In this document: piece after piece, positions 24,475 to 32,400 of the stretch | How the letters are laid out: every line of letters starts with the position of its first letter | Position numbering within the stretch: position 1 is the stretch's first letter | Origin: Alphaproteobacteria bacterium | GTDB lineage: Bacteria > Pseudomonadota > Alphaproteobacteria > Rickettsiales > JAIXRX01 | Length of the DNA: 32,400 nucleotides | Direction of reading: 5' to 3' | Assembly (NCBI GenBank): GCA_027485005.1 | Contig: JAIXRX010000179.1 | Coordinates: forward strand, 1-32,400 | The notes under the pieces: model-generated | Databases searched by the model: none | Told to the model about the DNA's origin: nothing | The model's input: the letters and a program-made list of their open reading frames with translations, nothing else | Translations under genes and position numbers: made by a program

Positions 24475-24556
24475 AACTCCACCCCTTCAGGCCCACTATT
24501 TTTAGCAATTAGGAATACAGGAAAAATCGTTTTCGGCAACGGCTTAGCGGTATCTA

Positions 24557-24934
24557 TTAGCGGGTTTCTATCGTTGCCTCGCGGCGGCCGCTCACATTGC
24601 GAATTTCTTGCCTGCCTCCATACCCTTTCTCGATGCGGTGAGTGATACGGCCAGAGCCATCCTTAATGTATTGGCGGTCACCAATGCCGGGCTCGATGGT
24701 GCCAGTGCGGCGGCCGCTGGAATCCTTTATCACTAAGCGGTCGCCTATCCCTTGCTCAACGGTTCCGATGCGTTTGCCGCTGGCGTCGCGGCGAATCCAG
24801 CGGTCGCCATAGGATTTCTCGACGGTTTCAGCGCGCTTGCCGGAGCTGTCGCGCACGACATAGCGATCTTGCGCATGCGCGGCGGTGCAGAGGAAAAGCA
24901 ATGTAAGGGTAGCAAGTATGGTTGTTGCGCGCAT
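24557..24934 (-). CDS. Small secreted protein made of five tandem ~21-aa repeats
   Basis: It has a signal peptide MRATTILATLTLLFLCTAAHA/Q followed by 5 units of DRxxI(K/R)DxSG(K/R)RxGT(I/V)ExGxG. An AAGGATG SD precedes the ATG. Confidence 0.65.
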   Translation of the reverse strand: MRATTILATLTLLFLCTAAHAQDRYVVRDSSGKRAETVEKSYGDRWIRRDASGKRIGTVEQGIGDRLVIKDSSGRRTGTIEPGIGDRQYIKDGSGRITHRIEKGYGGRQEIRNVSGRREATIETR

Positions 24935-24990
24935 AAAACATCCTTTTTTAGGATGATGCTCGAATCTGAATTAGATTCAAGTGAAAGACG

Positions 24991-25221
24991 CTACAGCAGC
25001 GATTTCAGGATTTTGCTGGGGTTGGCCTTCAGCAGGCGGGTGATCTTCAGGAATTCGATCACATCGAGTCGGCGCTCGCCAAGCTCATACTTGGCAACAA
25101 ATGACTGCGGCTTATCCAGTTCTTTCGCCACTTGCTGCTGTGTCATCCCTGCAGCCTCACGCGCAGCGCGCAATGCAGCGCTGAGTTTGGCGGATTCTTT
25201 GGAATGAATGGTTTTCTTCAC
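24991..25221 (-). CDS. XRE-family HTH regulator (controller/antitoxin-like)
   Basis: LRAAREAAGMTQQQVAKELDKPQSFVAKYELGERRLDVIEFLKITRLL is a canonical Cro/C1 HTH. GTG start. It is divergent from the Mrr-like gene across an 80-bp intergenic region. Confidence 0.8.
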   Translation of the reverse strand: MKKTIHSKESAKLSAALRAAREAAGMTQQQVAKELDKPQSFVAKYELGERRLDVIEFLKITRLLKANPSKILKSLL

Positions 25222-25301
25222 GGTTGCCGCACAAAGGATTGGATATGTTGTGCAACCAGAGCTAATCCTGCTTTCGGATTATCCCAAAACAGGATGTTTA
25301 T

Positions 25302-26255
25302 ATGCCGCAAGCCAGCAGAGTGACTGCTAAAACAGCCCGCTATATCAAACTTGGAGGTGGCGGCGGATGGGAAGCCCAGTGCCTGAAAGAGGGCACCATG
25401 CGGCTGGGCTATTATGAAGTGCCCCATGAGCTAGGCCTCAAGCGCGACAAAGAGGCGATCAAGAATATCTATAAGGACACTGCTGGTTCGGTAGGGTCTG
25501 CCTCTGACCATGCACGCCAGGTAGTGGATTTTTATGACCCAGCCCCGGATGTGCTCTGGATCACCTTTGCCGATGGGCATTTATGGTGGGCGAAGGCTAC
25601 CCCGGAGATCACTTATTACGGCAATGACCCTGCAATACATATCGAGGGTAGCCGGTCACGTAAAACGGTCGATGGGTGGCATAAGACCAGCTTAGGCGGC
25701 AAGACCCTGAGGATCCTTGACCTAAATGGCGAGCTGACCAAGACGGGGGCCTATCGCGGCACTATGTGTGATCTAAAGCCCCATATGCGTGATTATGTGT
25801 TGCGCAAAATTAACGACGAGTTGCTGCCGGAGCTGGTGGAAGCGCAGGAAGCGATGGCTGATCTGCTGCATGCCGTGCAGCGGATGATCGCGATGCTGCA
25901 TTGGCGTGATTTTGAGCTGCTGGTAGAGCTGATCTTCAGCCATAGCGGCTGGCAGCGTGTCAGCGTGGTGGGCGATGGGCTGAAAACCACCGATATCGAG
26001 CTGCTGCTTCCGGTTACCGGTGAGCGTGCTATGGTGCAGGTGAAGTCGCAGACATCGCAAGCACAGCTCGATGAATACATCGCGGCATTCGCACGCTGGG
26101 ACATGCAGCGGCTGTTTTATGTCTATCACACGCTTAATAACGCCATGGCACTCGATGTGGAAGATGCACGCGTAACCCTCATCGGGCCTGAAAAGCTATG
26201 CACCATGGTCCTGCGTGCAGGGCTGGTAGAGTGGCTCATGGGCAAAGTGGGCTAA
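25302..26255 (+). CDS. Mrr-like (PD-(D/E)xK) restriction endonuclease-fold protein with an uncharacterised N-terminal domain
   Basis: The C-terminal WRDFELLVELIFSHSGWQRVSVVGDGLKTTDIELLL...AMVQVKSQ matches the Mrr_cat pattern (DFE..V..L, GiD, QVK). An AGGA SD lies 7 nt upstream. Confidence 0.75.
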   Translation: MPQASRVTAKTARYIKLGGGGGWEAQCLKEGTMRLGYYEVPHELGLKRDKEAIKNIYKDTAGSVGSASDHARQVVDFYDPAPDVLWITFADGHLWWAKATPEITYYGNDPAIHIEGSRSRKTVDGWHKTSLGGKTLRILDLNGELTKTGAYRGTMCDLKPHMRDYVLRKINDELLPELVEAQEAMADLLHAVQRMIAMLHWRDFELLVELIFSHSGWQRVSVVGDGLKTTDIELLLPVTGERAMVQVKSQTSQAQLDEYIAAFARWDMQRLFYVYHTLNNAMALDVEDARVTLIGPEKLCTMVLRAGLVEWLMGKVG

Positions 26256-26508
26256 AAAAAGCTTTTCATGCATTTTTGATTTGTTTATATTAGGCCTTAC
26301 AAAGCAGTTGGTATTGTGTTCGGAAGCTGGTTTTAGTGGTTTTTAGCGCTGTTTTGTTTTTTGGAAGGTAGATTGGCACGAACGGAGTGCGAGCAGCGAG
26401 GCTTGAAGGCCATCCTGAGTAATCACCTGGATTTATTCGAATAAACGGTTTGTAGCGCAATGCTGTGTTGCGCGGCTGATTGTTCGTGTTTCCAGAGAGG
26501 AGCTCATT

Positions 26509-27849
26509 ATGGAAACTTCACGTCACGGTGATATTGTTCACCGCCCCATTTCTTCACTCAAACCCAACCCCCGCAATGCGCGTACGCATAGTAAGCGCCA
26601 GATTCGCAAAATCGCCAATAGCATCGATGCATTCGGCTTCATCGGTTGTATTTTAATCGATACGGGAGGTACCATCATTGCCGGTCATGGTCGCCTTGAA
26701 GCGGCAAAGCTGCTCAAGATGGAAACGGTACCAACGCTCACCATTTCGCATCTGAACCCTGAAGAGATTCGTGCCTTAATGATGGCTGATAATCGCCTGG
26801 CCGAGCTTGCAGGCTGGGACGATGGGATCCTTGCTATCGAGTTTCAGGATCTGATGAGTACAAATCTTAAGTTCGACATCACGCTGACTGGCTTCGAAGC
26901 ACCACAGATCGATATGATCATCATGAAGCAACGCGCGGCTGAGGATGAGGAATCCGGCGATCAGGTGTTCATGGATGAGAACGATCCGGTCGTGAGCCGC
27001 CCGGGCGATCTCTGGCTGGCCGAAGAGCACCGCATCTACTGCGGCAATGCGCTCGAGCCAGAGTCCTATGCCCACCTCATGCAGGGTGACGTGGCGGATG
27101 TCGTTTTCACAGATTATCCGTATAACGTAAAAATTTCAGGCAACGTGTCCGGTCTCGGCAAGCATAAGCATGGCGAGTTCGCGATGGGATCGGGCGAGAT
27201 GGGCGATCCACAGTTCATTGGTTTCATGCACACCGCTGCCATGCGTATTACTGAAAATGCACGCGCAGGAAGCATTCACTTCCTGTGCATGGATTGGCGC
27301 GGGGCGGATAAGCTCATGCAGGCGTCGCAGGGCGTTTACAGCGAGTTGAAGAATATTTGCGTGTGGAATAAAGATAAGGGCGGCATGGGGGCGCTCTACC
27401 GCTCGAAGCATGAGTTCGTCTTTGTTTATAAGCAAGGCGATGCGCCACACGTGAATAATATCGAGCTCGGCCGTCACGGACGCAATCGCACCAATGTATG
27501 GGATTACCCCAGCGCCAACAGCATGATGAACCGCGATGGCGGCATGCTGACCAAGCACCCCACGCCAAAGCCCGTGGCCATGGTTGCCGATGCGATTCGC
27601 GATTGCTCGAACCAGCGCGACCTTGTCCTTGATCCGTTTGGTGGTGGAGGCAGCACCCTGATGGCCGCGGAGCGCACGGGGCGCGTTGCGCGCATCATGG
27701 AAATCGAACCGCGTTACGTAGACGTGATCATTCGCCGCTGGCAGCAGAAGACCGGTAAATCGGCGATTCTTGCCTCGAGCGGGCTTCCCTTCGATGCCGT
27801 AGCCACTGCGCGCGCCGCTCAGGCAGGCAAGGAGGTGCAGCATGGCTAA
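26509..27849 (+). CDS. ParB-like N-terminal domain fused to a beta-class N6/N4 DNA methyltransferase (phage-type ParB-MTase)
   Basis: ISSLKPNPRNARTHS...IIAGHGRLEAAKLL is the ParB N-domain. Motif IV is TDYPYN (27112-27123). Motif I is at the C-terminus (LVLDPFGGGGSTLMAAERTGR), which is the beta-class order. Confidence 0.9.
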   Translation: METSRHGDIVHRPISSLKPNPRNARTHSKRQIRKIANSIDAFGFIGCILIDTGGTIIAGHGRLEAAKLLKMETVPTLTISHLNPEEIRALMMADNRLAELAGWDDGILAIEFQDLMSTNLKFDITLTGFEAPQIDMIIMKQRAAEDEESGDQVFMDENDPVVSRPGDLWLAEEHRIYCGNALEPESYAHLMQGDVADVVFTDYPYNVKISGNVSGLGKHKHGEFAMGSGEMGDPQFIGFMHTAAMRITENARAGSIHFLCMDWRGADKLMQASQGVYSELKNICVWNKDKGGMGALYRSKHEFVFVYKQGDAPHVNNIELGRHGRNRTNVWDYPSANSMMNRDGGMLTKHPTPKPVAMVADAIRDCSNQRDLVLDPFGGGGSTLMAAERTGRVARIMEIEPRYVDVIIRRWQQKTGKSAILASSGLPFDAVATARAAQAGKEVQHG

Positions 27850-28216
27850 AGATTATAAAATCGGCCGCGGCAAGCCGCCTGCGGACAAGCAGTTCAAGCC
27901 AGGCCAGTCGGGGAATCCGGCTGGCCGCCCCAAAGGCAGCAAAAACTTTAAAACTGACTTCATGGAGGAATTGCAGGTCAAGATTGAGATCGCCGAATCC
28001 GGTGCAAAGCAAACCGTTACCAAGCAGCGCGCGCTCATCAAGCGCATGATCAACGCAGCGCTGAGCGGTGACGCCAAGCACGCGGATATGGTTGCTCGTC
28101 TTACCTTGAGCTTCACTGAAGTGGATGATGCAAAAGGCAGCGAGCAAATGAGCGAGGAAGATCTGGCACTGCTGGAAGCCTTCATCCAGGGGCAGCGCGG
28201 GGGTAACAATGCATAG
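27842..28216 (+). CDS. DUF5681-type protein, likely small terminase subunit
   Basis: GRGKPPADKQFKPGQSGNPAGRPKGSKN is the DUF5681 signature. The gene sits immediately upstream of TerL and overlaps it, and it has 8-nt overlaps on both sides. Confidence 0.7.
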   Translation: MAKDYKIGRGKPPADKQFKPGQSGNPAGRPKGSKNFKTDFMEELQVKIEIAESGAKQTVTKQRALIKRMINAALSGDAKHADMVARLTLSFTEVDDAKGSEQMSEEDLALLEAFIQGQRGGNNA

Positions 28217-29639
28217 CATCCAACACCTGCCTGCTGAATTCAAGCGCAAGGCCCTTAACTGGGCCTTGCGTGAGGATTTTCGTGTTTTCCTGCGCAAAGC
28301 CTTTCATGACGTGCATGGGGTTCCACTCGCGTGGAATTGGCACCATGACGTGATTTGTGACGATCTGATGGCCGCTTATCGCGGCGAGCAACGTCGTCTC
28401 ATCATCAACGTGCCGCCGCGCTCGCTAAAATCCTTCATTTGCAGCGTTGCATTCCCGGCATGGCTGATGGGGCGTAACCCGCGCATCAAAATCATTGGGG
28501 TCAGCTACGCGCAGGACCTGGCCAATAAGTTCTCGCGTGAGCAGCGTATGTTGATGATGCGCCCCTGGTATCAAGAGGCATTCCCCGAGGCGCGTATTAA
28601 CCCAAAGAAAGCCGGTGAAGGCGAATTCGAGTTGCTGGGCGGTGGTTTCCGCCTGGCAACCTCGACTGGCGGCATTCTTACCGGCCGCGGGGCGGATCTG
28701 ATCATCATCGATGACCCCATGAAGCCGCAGGATGCGCTTTCCGAAACCATGCGCATGAATGCCAATAACTGGGTGGATAGCACGCTGATGACCCGCCTGG
28801 ATGATAAGCAGCGTGGGCAAATGGTATTGATCATGCAGCGCCTGCATGAGGAAGATACTACCGGCTACCTGCTTGAGAAAGGCGGATGGACGCATCGTAG
28901 CTTCCCAGCCATTGCCCTTGATGATGAGCGTTGGCAAACCGGCGGCGGCAAAGTCTACACGCGCAAGGCGGGTGAATTGCTCCACCCCTCGCGTGAGCCA
29001 AAGCAGGTGCTCGATGATTTGCGTCGTGACCTGGGCCAAATGAACTTCAGTGCCCAGTACCAGCAGATGCCGGTGCCGTTCGATGGAAACATGCTCAAGA
29101 AAGAGTGGTTCCGCTATTATGACGGAGCCCCCTCGCAATCGCAGCGCTTCGTCATGAGCGTGGATACGGCCATGAAGGAAGGTGCCGATAATGATTGGAC
29201 GGTCATCACCATCTGGCAGATGGAAAAAGACGCCTATTATCTGGTGCACATGACCCGTGAAAAAATGGCATTTCCCAAATTGCATGCCACCATTCGCTAC
29301 TTGAAGGAGGTTTTTAAGGTACGCACAATCCTGATCGAAGATACAGGCTCTGGCACTGCACTGATTCAGCAGCTGCGCTTTGAAAACATCTACTGCCACG
29401 GCGTGAAGCCCGTGGGAGATAAGGTTGAGCGTCTCGCTACTGCCAGCATCGCGTTTGAGCAGGGTCGCGTTTATTTCCCGGCCCATGCGTCGTGGCTGCC
29501 CGATCTTGAGCGTGAATTGCTTGGCTTTCCGGCCACAAAACACGATGATCAGGTCGATAGCATCAGCCAATACCTGAACTGGGCGCTCACGGAGGGGCGC
29601 TACGTTATAGGTTATGCACGCGCAATCGGCATGTACTGA
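28209..29639 (+). CDS. terL: Phage terminase large subunit
   Basis: The ATPase region has INVPPRSLKS (Walker A-like) and LIIIDDPMKPQDA (Walker B). The C-terminal RNaseH-like nuclease region has FVMSVDTA...WTVITIW...ILIEDTGSGTALIQQL. Confidence 0.9.
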   Translation: MHSIQHLPAEFKRKALNWALREDFRVFLRKAFHDVHGVPLAWNWHHDVICDDLMAAYRGEQRRLIINVPPRSLKSFICSVAFPAWLMGRNPRIKIIGVSYAQDLANKFSREQRMLMMRPWYQEAFPEARINPKKAGEGEFELLGGGFRLATSTGGILTGRGADLIIIDDPMKPQDALSETMRMNANNWVDSTLMTRLDDKQRGQMVLIMQRLHEEDTTGYLLEKGGWTHRSFPAIALDDERWQTGGGKVYTRKAGELLHPSREPKQVLDDLRRDLGQMNFSAQYQQMPVPFDGNMLKKEWFRYYDGAPSQSQRFVMSVDTAMKEGADNDWTVITIWQMEKDAYYLVHMTREKMAFPKLHATIRYLKEVFKVRTILIEDTGSGTALIQQLRFENIYCHGVKPVGDKVERLATASIAFEQGRVYFPAHASWLPDLERELLGFPATKHDDQVDSISQYLNWALTEGRYVIGYARAIGMY

Positions 29640-29696
29640 GCAGATTCCATTCGACTTCCCCTGCACGGCAAGCATTCGTGGTGGCAGGAGGTTGAT

Positions 29697-30137
29697 ATGG
29701 ATAAAGGCTTACAAAAGCGGCTTACGGCACTGGCAGCGATGGATCGGGATGCGCTGCTGGCAGAATGGGAGCGCCACTTTAAAACGCCGCCACGCAACAC
29801 CCGGCGGGACTATCTGCTGGCAGAGATTAGCTACCACCTGCAGGCCCGTGCGCTGGGAGGCATCAGCACGACGATCAAGAACAAACTAGAGCGCATGGCT
29901 TTCGGTGGGCAGTCACAACACCAGGGTAAATTCACGATGCAGCCTGGCAGTCGGTTGGTGCGTGAATGGAACGGCAAATCCCACACCGTCATCGTGCACA
30001 CGGATGGGTATGAATATGACGGTACGCGTTATCGCAGCCTTTCCAAAGTGGCGACCGCCATCACGGGTGCCCATTGGTCGGGGCCGCTCTTCTTCGGAAT
30101 CAAGAAACAGAAAGGTGCCCATGAAAAAGTCGCCTAA
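29697..30137 (+). CDS. DUF2924 domain protein (accessory gene commonly preceding large serine recombinases)
   Basis: LLAEWERHFKTPPRNTRRDYLLAEISYHLQ...GSRLVREWNGKSHTVIV...YRSLSKVATAITGAHWSGPLFFG is the DUF2924 pattern. Its end overlaps the recombinase start. Confidence 0.8.
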   Translation: MDKGLQKRLTALAAMDRDALLAEWERHFKTPPRNTRRDYLLAEISYHLQARALGGISTTIKNKLERMAFGGQSQHQGKFTMQPGSRLVREWNGKSHTVIVHTDGYEYDGTRYRSLSKVATAITGAHWSGPLFFGIKKQKGAHEKVA

Positions 30138-31776
30138 GATCCGTTGCGCCATCTACACCCGCAAATCTCATGAGGAAGGGCTGGAGCAGGAATTTAACAG
30201 CCTGGATGCCCAGCGCGTTGCCGCTGAGGCTTACATCCAAAGCCAGATGCATGAGGGCTGGGAAGCGTTGCCCACCCTCTATGACGACGGCGGCTATAGC
30301 GGTGGCACATTAGAGCGCCCAGCACTGCAACGGCTGCTCGCGGATATTAAGCGGGGTGAGATTGATGTAATTGTCGTCTACAAAGTAGACCGGCTGTCAC
30401 GCTCGCTGCTGGATTTCTCCAAGCTGGTGGAAACATTCGATGCGCACAACGTATCGTTTGTATCGGTGACCCAGCAGTTCAACACCACCAATTCCATGGG
30501 TAGGCTGACGCTCAATATCCTGCTTAGCTTTGCGCAATTCGAGCGCGAAGTAACGGGTGAGCGCATCCGGGATAAATTCGCCGCCTCTAAAAAGAAGGGA
30601 ATGTGGATGGGCGGTCCTATACCGCTGGGGTATGATGTACAGCATCGCAAGTTGCTGGTGAACGAGCTGGAAGCCGAGCAAGTGCGGTTTATTTACCAGA
30701 AATACCTGGACCTAAAATCCCTGCATGCGGTGAAGGATTATCTCAATACCCACGGCCATCAGCCTAAACGCTGGCTTACGCCTGCCGGAAAGGAAGCTGG
30801 GCCACAACGCTATTGCCTGCAGAGCGTGCGCACCATCCTTTCCAACCCCATCTACGTTGGCAAAATCAAACATAAGGAGAAAATCTATGATGGGGAGCAC
30901 CAGCCCATTCTCGAACTAAGCACATGGCAGGCAGCGCAGCAGGTAATGCAAACCAACTCGGTGGCACGTAGATCACCTCGCAATCACGACCATGCGATTT
31001 TATTCAAGGGCAAGGTTTTTGATGCCGCCGGGCAGCTATTCAGTACCACCTACACAGGGCGCGGTACCAAGCGTTATCATTACTACCTTAACAAAGTGAC
31101 CAAGGCCCGCATCAGTATCGGCGAGCTGAACGGTATCGTTAGCAATGCCATCCAGGGCTTGGATATCGCAGCGGCAGCGCTGAGCGTCCCCGGCGTCAGC
31201 CATCTTGAACTGGCCGGGCGCTATCAGGGGGCGGTTGACAGAATCCTCACCCAAGCCCTAGAGCGCGTTGTCTTGCATGAGGCATCCGTCAACATCCTCA
31301 TCAGCAAACAGCAGCTTATCTCTATCCTGCAACAGGCCGCATCCCATGCCGGCAATGCAAATTCCTCCGCCATGCTGACCGCCATGATCGACCACCCCGA
31401 AACTATAGAGCTCACCGTCGATGTGGCCTTCCGCAGCTATGCCGGACGTAAGATTGCGTTCAGCGCCAAGCGCGGAGCCGTTAATATTCACCAGACGAAC
31501 CATGATCAATCTCTGGTCACGGCTATAGTGCGATCCTACAAATGGAACAAAATGATGGATGCTGGCGAACTGGCATCCGCTGCCGACATCGCTACCAAGG
31601 AAAAGGTCGAGCGCACCTATGCCGGAGATGTGCTTCGCCTGAAATATCTGGCCCCTGAAATCGTGACCATGATTATGAATGGCACTCAGCCGCGCACCCT
31701 GAAAGTCAGCCAACTGCTACGCCAGCAGCTTCCGCTGGATTGGGAAGCTCAGAAGCGGCTTCTTAACATCGCCTAA
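30121..31776 (+). CDS. Large serine recombinase (integrase candidate of the phage-derived module)
   Basis: MKKSPKIRCAIYTRKSHEEGLEQEFNSLDAQ carries the catalytic Ser. VVYKVDRLSRSLLDF and the recombinase domain MWMGGPIPLGYD also fit. The track ORF start at 29905 is an in-frame upstream extension running through the DUF2924 gene. Confidence 0.9.
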   Translation: MKKSPKIRCAIYTRKSHEEGLEQEFNSLDAQRVAAEAYIQSQMHEGWEALPTLYDDGGYSGGTLERPALQRLLADIKRGEIDVIVVYKVDRLSRSLLDFSKLVETFDAHNVSFVSVTQQFNTTNSMGRLTLNILLSFAQFEREVTGERIRDKFAASKKKGMWMGGPIPLGYDVQHRKLLVNELEAEQVRFIYQKYLDLKSLHAVKDYLNTHGHQPKRWLTPAGKEAGPQRYCLQSVRTILSNPIYVGKIKHKEKIYDGEHQPILELSTWQAAQQVMQTNSVARRSPRNHDHAILFKGKVFDAAGQLFSTTYTGRGTKRYHYYLNKVTKARISIGELNGIVSNAIQGLDIAAAALSVPGVSHLELAGRYQGAVDRILTQALERVVLHEASVNILISKQQLISILQQAASHAGNANSSAMLTAMIDHPETIELTVDVAFRSYAGRKIAFSAKRGAVNIHQTNHDQSLVTAIVRSYKWNKMMDAGELASAADIATKEKVERTYAGDVLRLKYLAPEIVTMIMNGTQPRTLKVSQLLRQQLPLDWEAQKRLLNIA

Positions 31777-31979
31777 ATCCCATCGATTTTAACCCCATCA
31801 AAGCAAAGTATGGGGGCAGCCGAATTTCGGGTTTGAGAGAATCCGGCAAACCGGCTCCTAAAATGCCAAAAATCCTACTCTCTAGCCCCCATAGTCTGGA
31901 GGCATGAGTCGCTGAGGCCCGCAGAACGCGCGCATTGTCATGAATGTGGGTGGAGAGAGGGGAATCTAACTTTGGAAAT

Positions 31980-32055
<76 letters not shown>

Positions 32056-32137
32056 ATCTTTAACAGAAGGTGGTTGGCTTTTAGCAAAGCTGCGGCAAGT
32101 TGCAACCTCAAATTACGCTCGCGCCCGCTCCACCCAC

Positions 32138-32161
32138 AAAAAAGGGAGCGCTGAGGCTCCC
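32138..32161 (-). terminator. Rho-independent terminator of the HMA-domain gene
   Basis: On the minus strand, GGGAGC-CTCAGC-GCTCCC is followed by TTTTTT, about 27 nt downstream of the stop at 32188. Confidence 0.6.
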
Positions 32162-32187
32162 TTTCTCAATGCTTTTGGGCGCTGCCA

Positions 32188-32400
32188 CTATTTCATGTGG
32201 TGGATATTGGTGGTTTTGAAGCCAGAATCCGCAACGATTTTCTTGATAGCTTTGTCGTCCAGCGTTTTGTCTTTTTTGGTGGTGATGGTGGCGAGGGATT
32301 TTTCCAAATCCACCTCCACTTTTTCTACCGCTGCATTGCTCGAGAAATTGGTGGTCACGGCTTTGGAGCAGTTTTCGCAGGTCATGCCTTCAATGCCGAC
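32188..32400 (-). CDS. Heavy-metal-associated (HMA, CopZ-like) domain protein, 5' end outside the window
   Basis: The GMTCENC metal-binding motif is present (VGIEGMTCENC when read past the ATG to the window edge), with a ferredoxin-like betaalphabetabetaalphabeta length. Confidence 0.8.
   Translation of the reverse strand, partial: VGIEGMTCENCSKAVTTNFSSNAAVEKVEVDLEKSLATITTKKDKTLDDKAIKKIVADSGFKTTNIHHMK

Larger units (their letters stand above)
599..31979. mobile_element. Composite tRNA-Ala-associated genomic/defence island (accreted modules, two large serine recombinases, prophage remnant)
   Basis: An intact tRNA-Ala lies at the right edge and a degenerate tRNA 3'-end copy in the same orientation lies at 567-598. 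The interval also shows dense defence-type genes, recombinases, terminase genes and strong block-wise composition shifts. Confidence 0.5.

Noticed and set aside
28425-29675. 416-aa ORF antisense to the terminase large subunit. Similar long antisense ORFs are at 27136-27843, 27728-28297, 19665-20303, 5425-5931, 7354-7842 and 12860-13246.
   Set aside because: Each lies entirely within, and opposite to, a gene with strong motif support. The translations are Arg/Ala/Gly/Leu-rich low-complexity sequences typical of shadow ORFs in GC-rich coding DNA, and no motifs are recognisable.
29905-30120. The upstream in-frame extension of the second serine recombinase (623-aa track ORF).
   Set aside because: The extension runs through the DUF2924 gene in another frame and looks non-coding (MGSHNTRVNSRCSLAVGWC...). 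The canonical recombinase N-terminus MKKSPKIRCAIYTRKS starts at 30121.
31793-31815. CCCCAT-11 nt-ATGGGG inverted repeat downstream of the second recombinase, as its att core or terminator.
   Set aside because: The arms are short (6 bp), there is no T-run, and I have no second att half-site to compare. There is not enough evidence either way.

Overview
This window reads as the distal ~31 kb of a composite genomic or defence island next to an intact tRNA-Ala(GGC) gene (31980-32055, minus strand). A degenerate copy of the tRNA 3' end lies at 567-598, and two ~165-188 bp direct repeats (411-598 and 1961-2125) bracket a RelE/HigB-type toxin-antitoxin cassette. From left to right the island contains the following. 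(i) A truncated McrB-N/DUF3578 fragment. (ii) The TA pair. (iii) A minus-strand array made of a dual-HTH regulator, a putative HEPN-like protein, a 1711-aa nuclease-P-loop NTPase-helical giant (Avs/STAND-like) and a translationally coupled McrA-like HNH nuclease. (iv) A GC-rich block with a large serine recombinase coupled to two ParB/RepB-like genes. (v) A minus-strand cluster with an MmeI/PglX-like N6A methyltransferase that lacks a nuclease motif, an SF2 DExH helicase, a T5orf172/GIY-YIG protein and a KAP-family transmembrane NTPase. (vi) A small secreted 5 x 21-aa repeat protein. (vii) An XRE regulator with an Mrr-like endonuclease. (viii) A phage-derived module (ParB-methyltransferase, DUF5681 small-terminase-like, TerL, DUF2924, a second large serine recombinase) with no structural genes. 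Composition is visibly mosaic by eye, with AT-rich and GC-rich blocks alternating at gene-module boundaries. I found no CRISPR array, rRNA or classical IS. The best candidates for an undescribed system are the coupled methylase-helicase-GIY-YIG(-KAP) cluster and the giant NTPase-HNH pair. All domain calls come from motif recognition by eye, not from searches.
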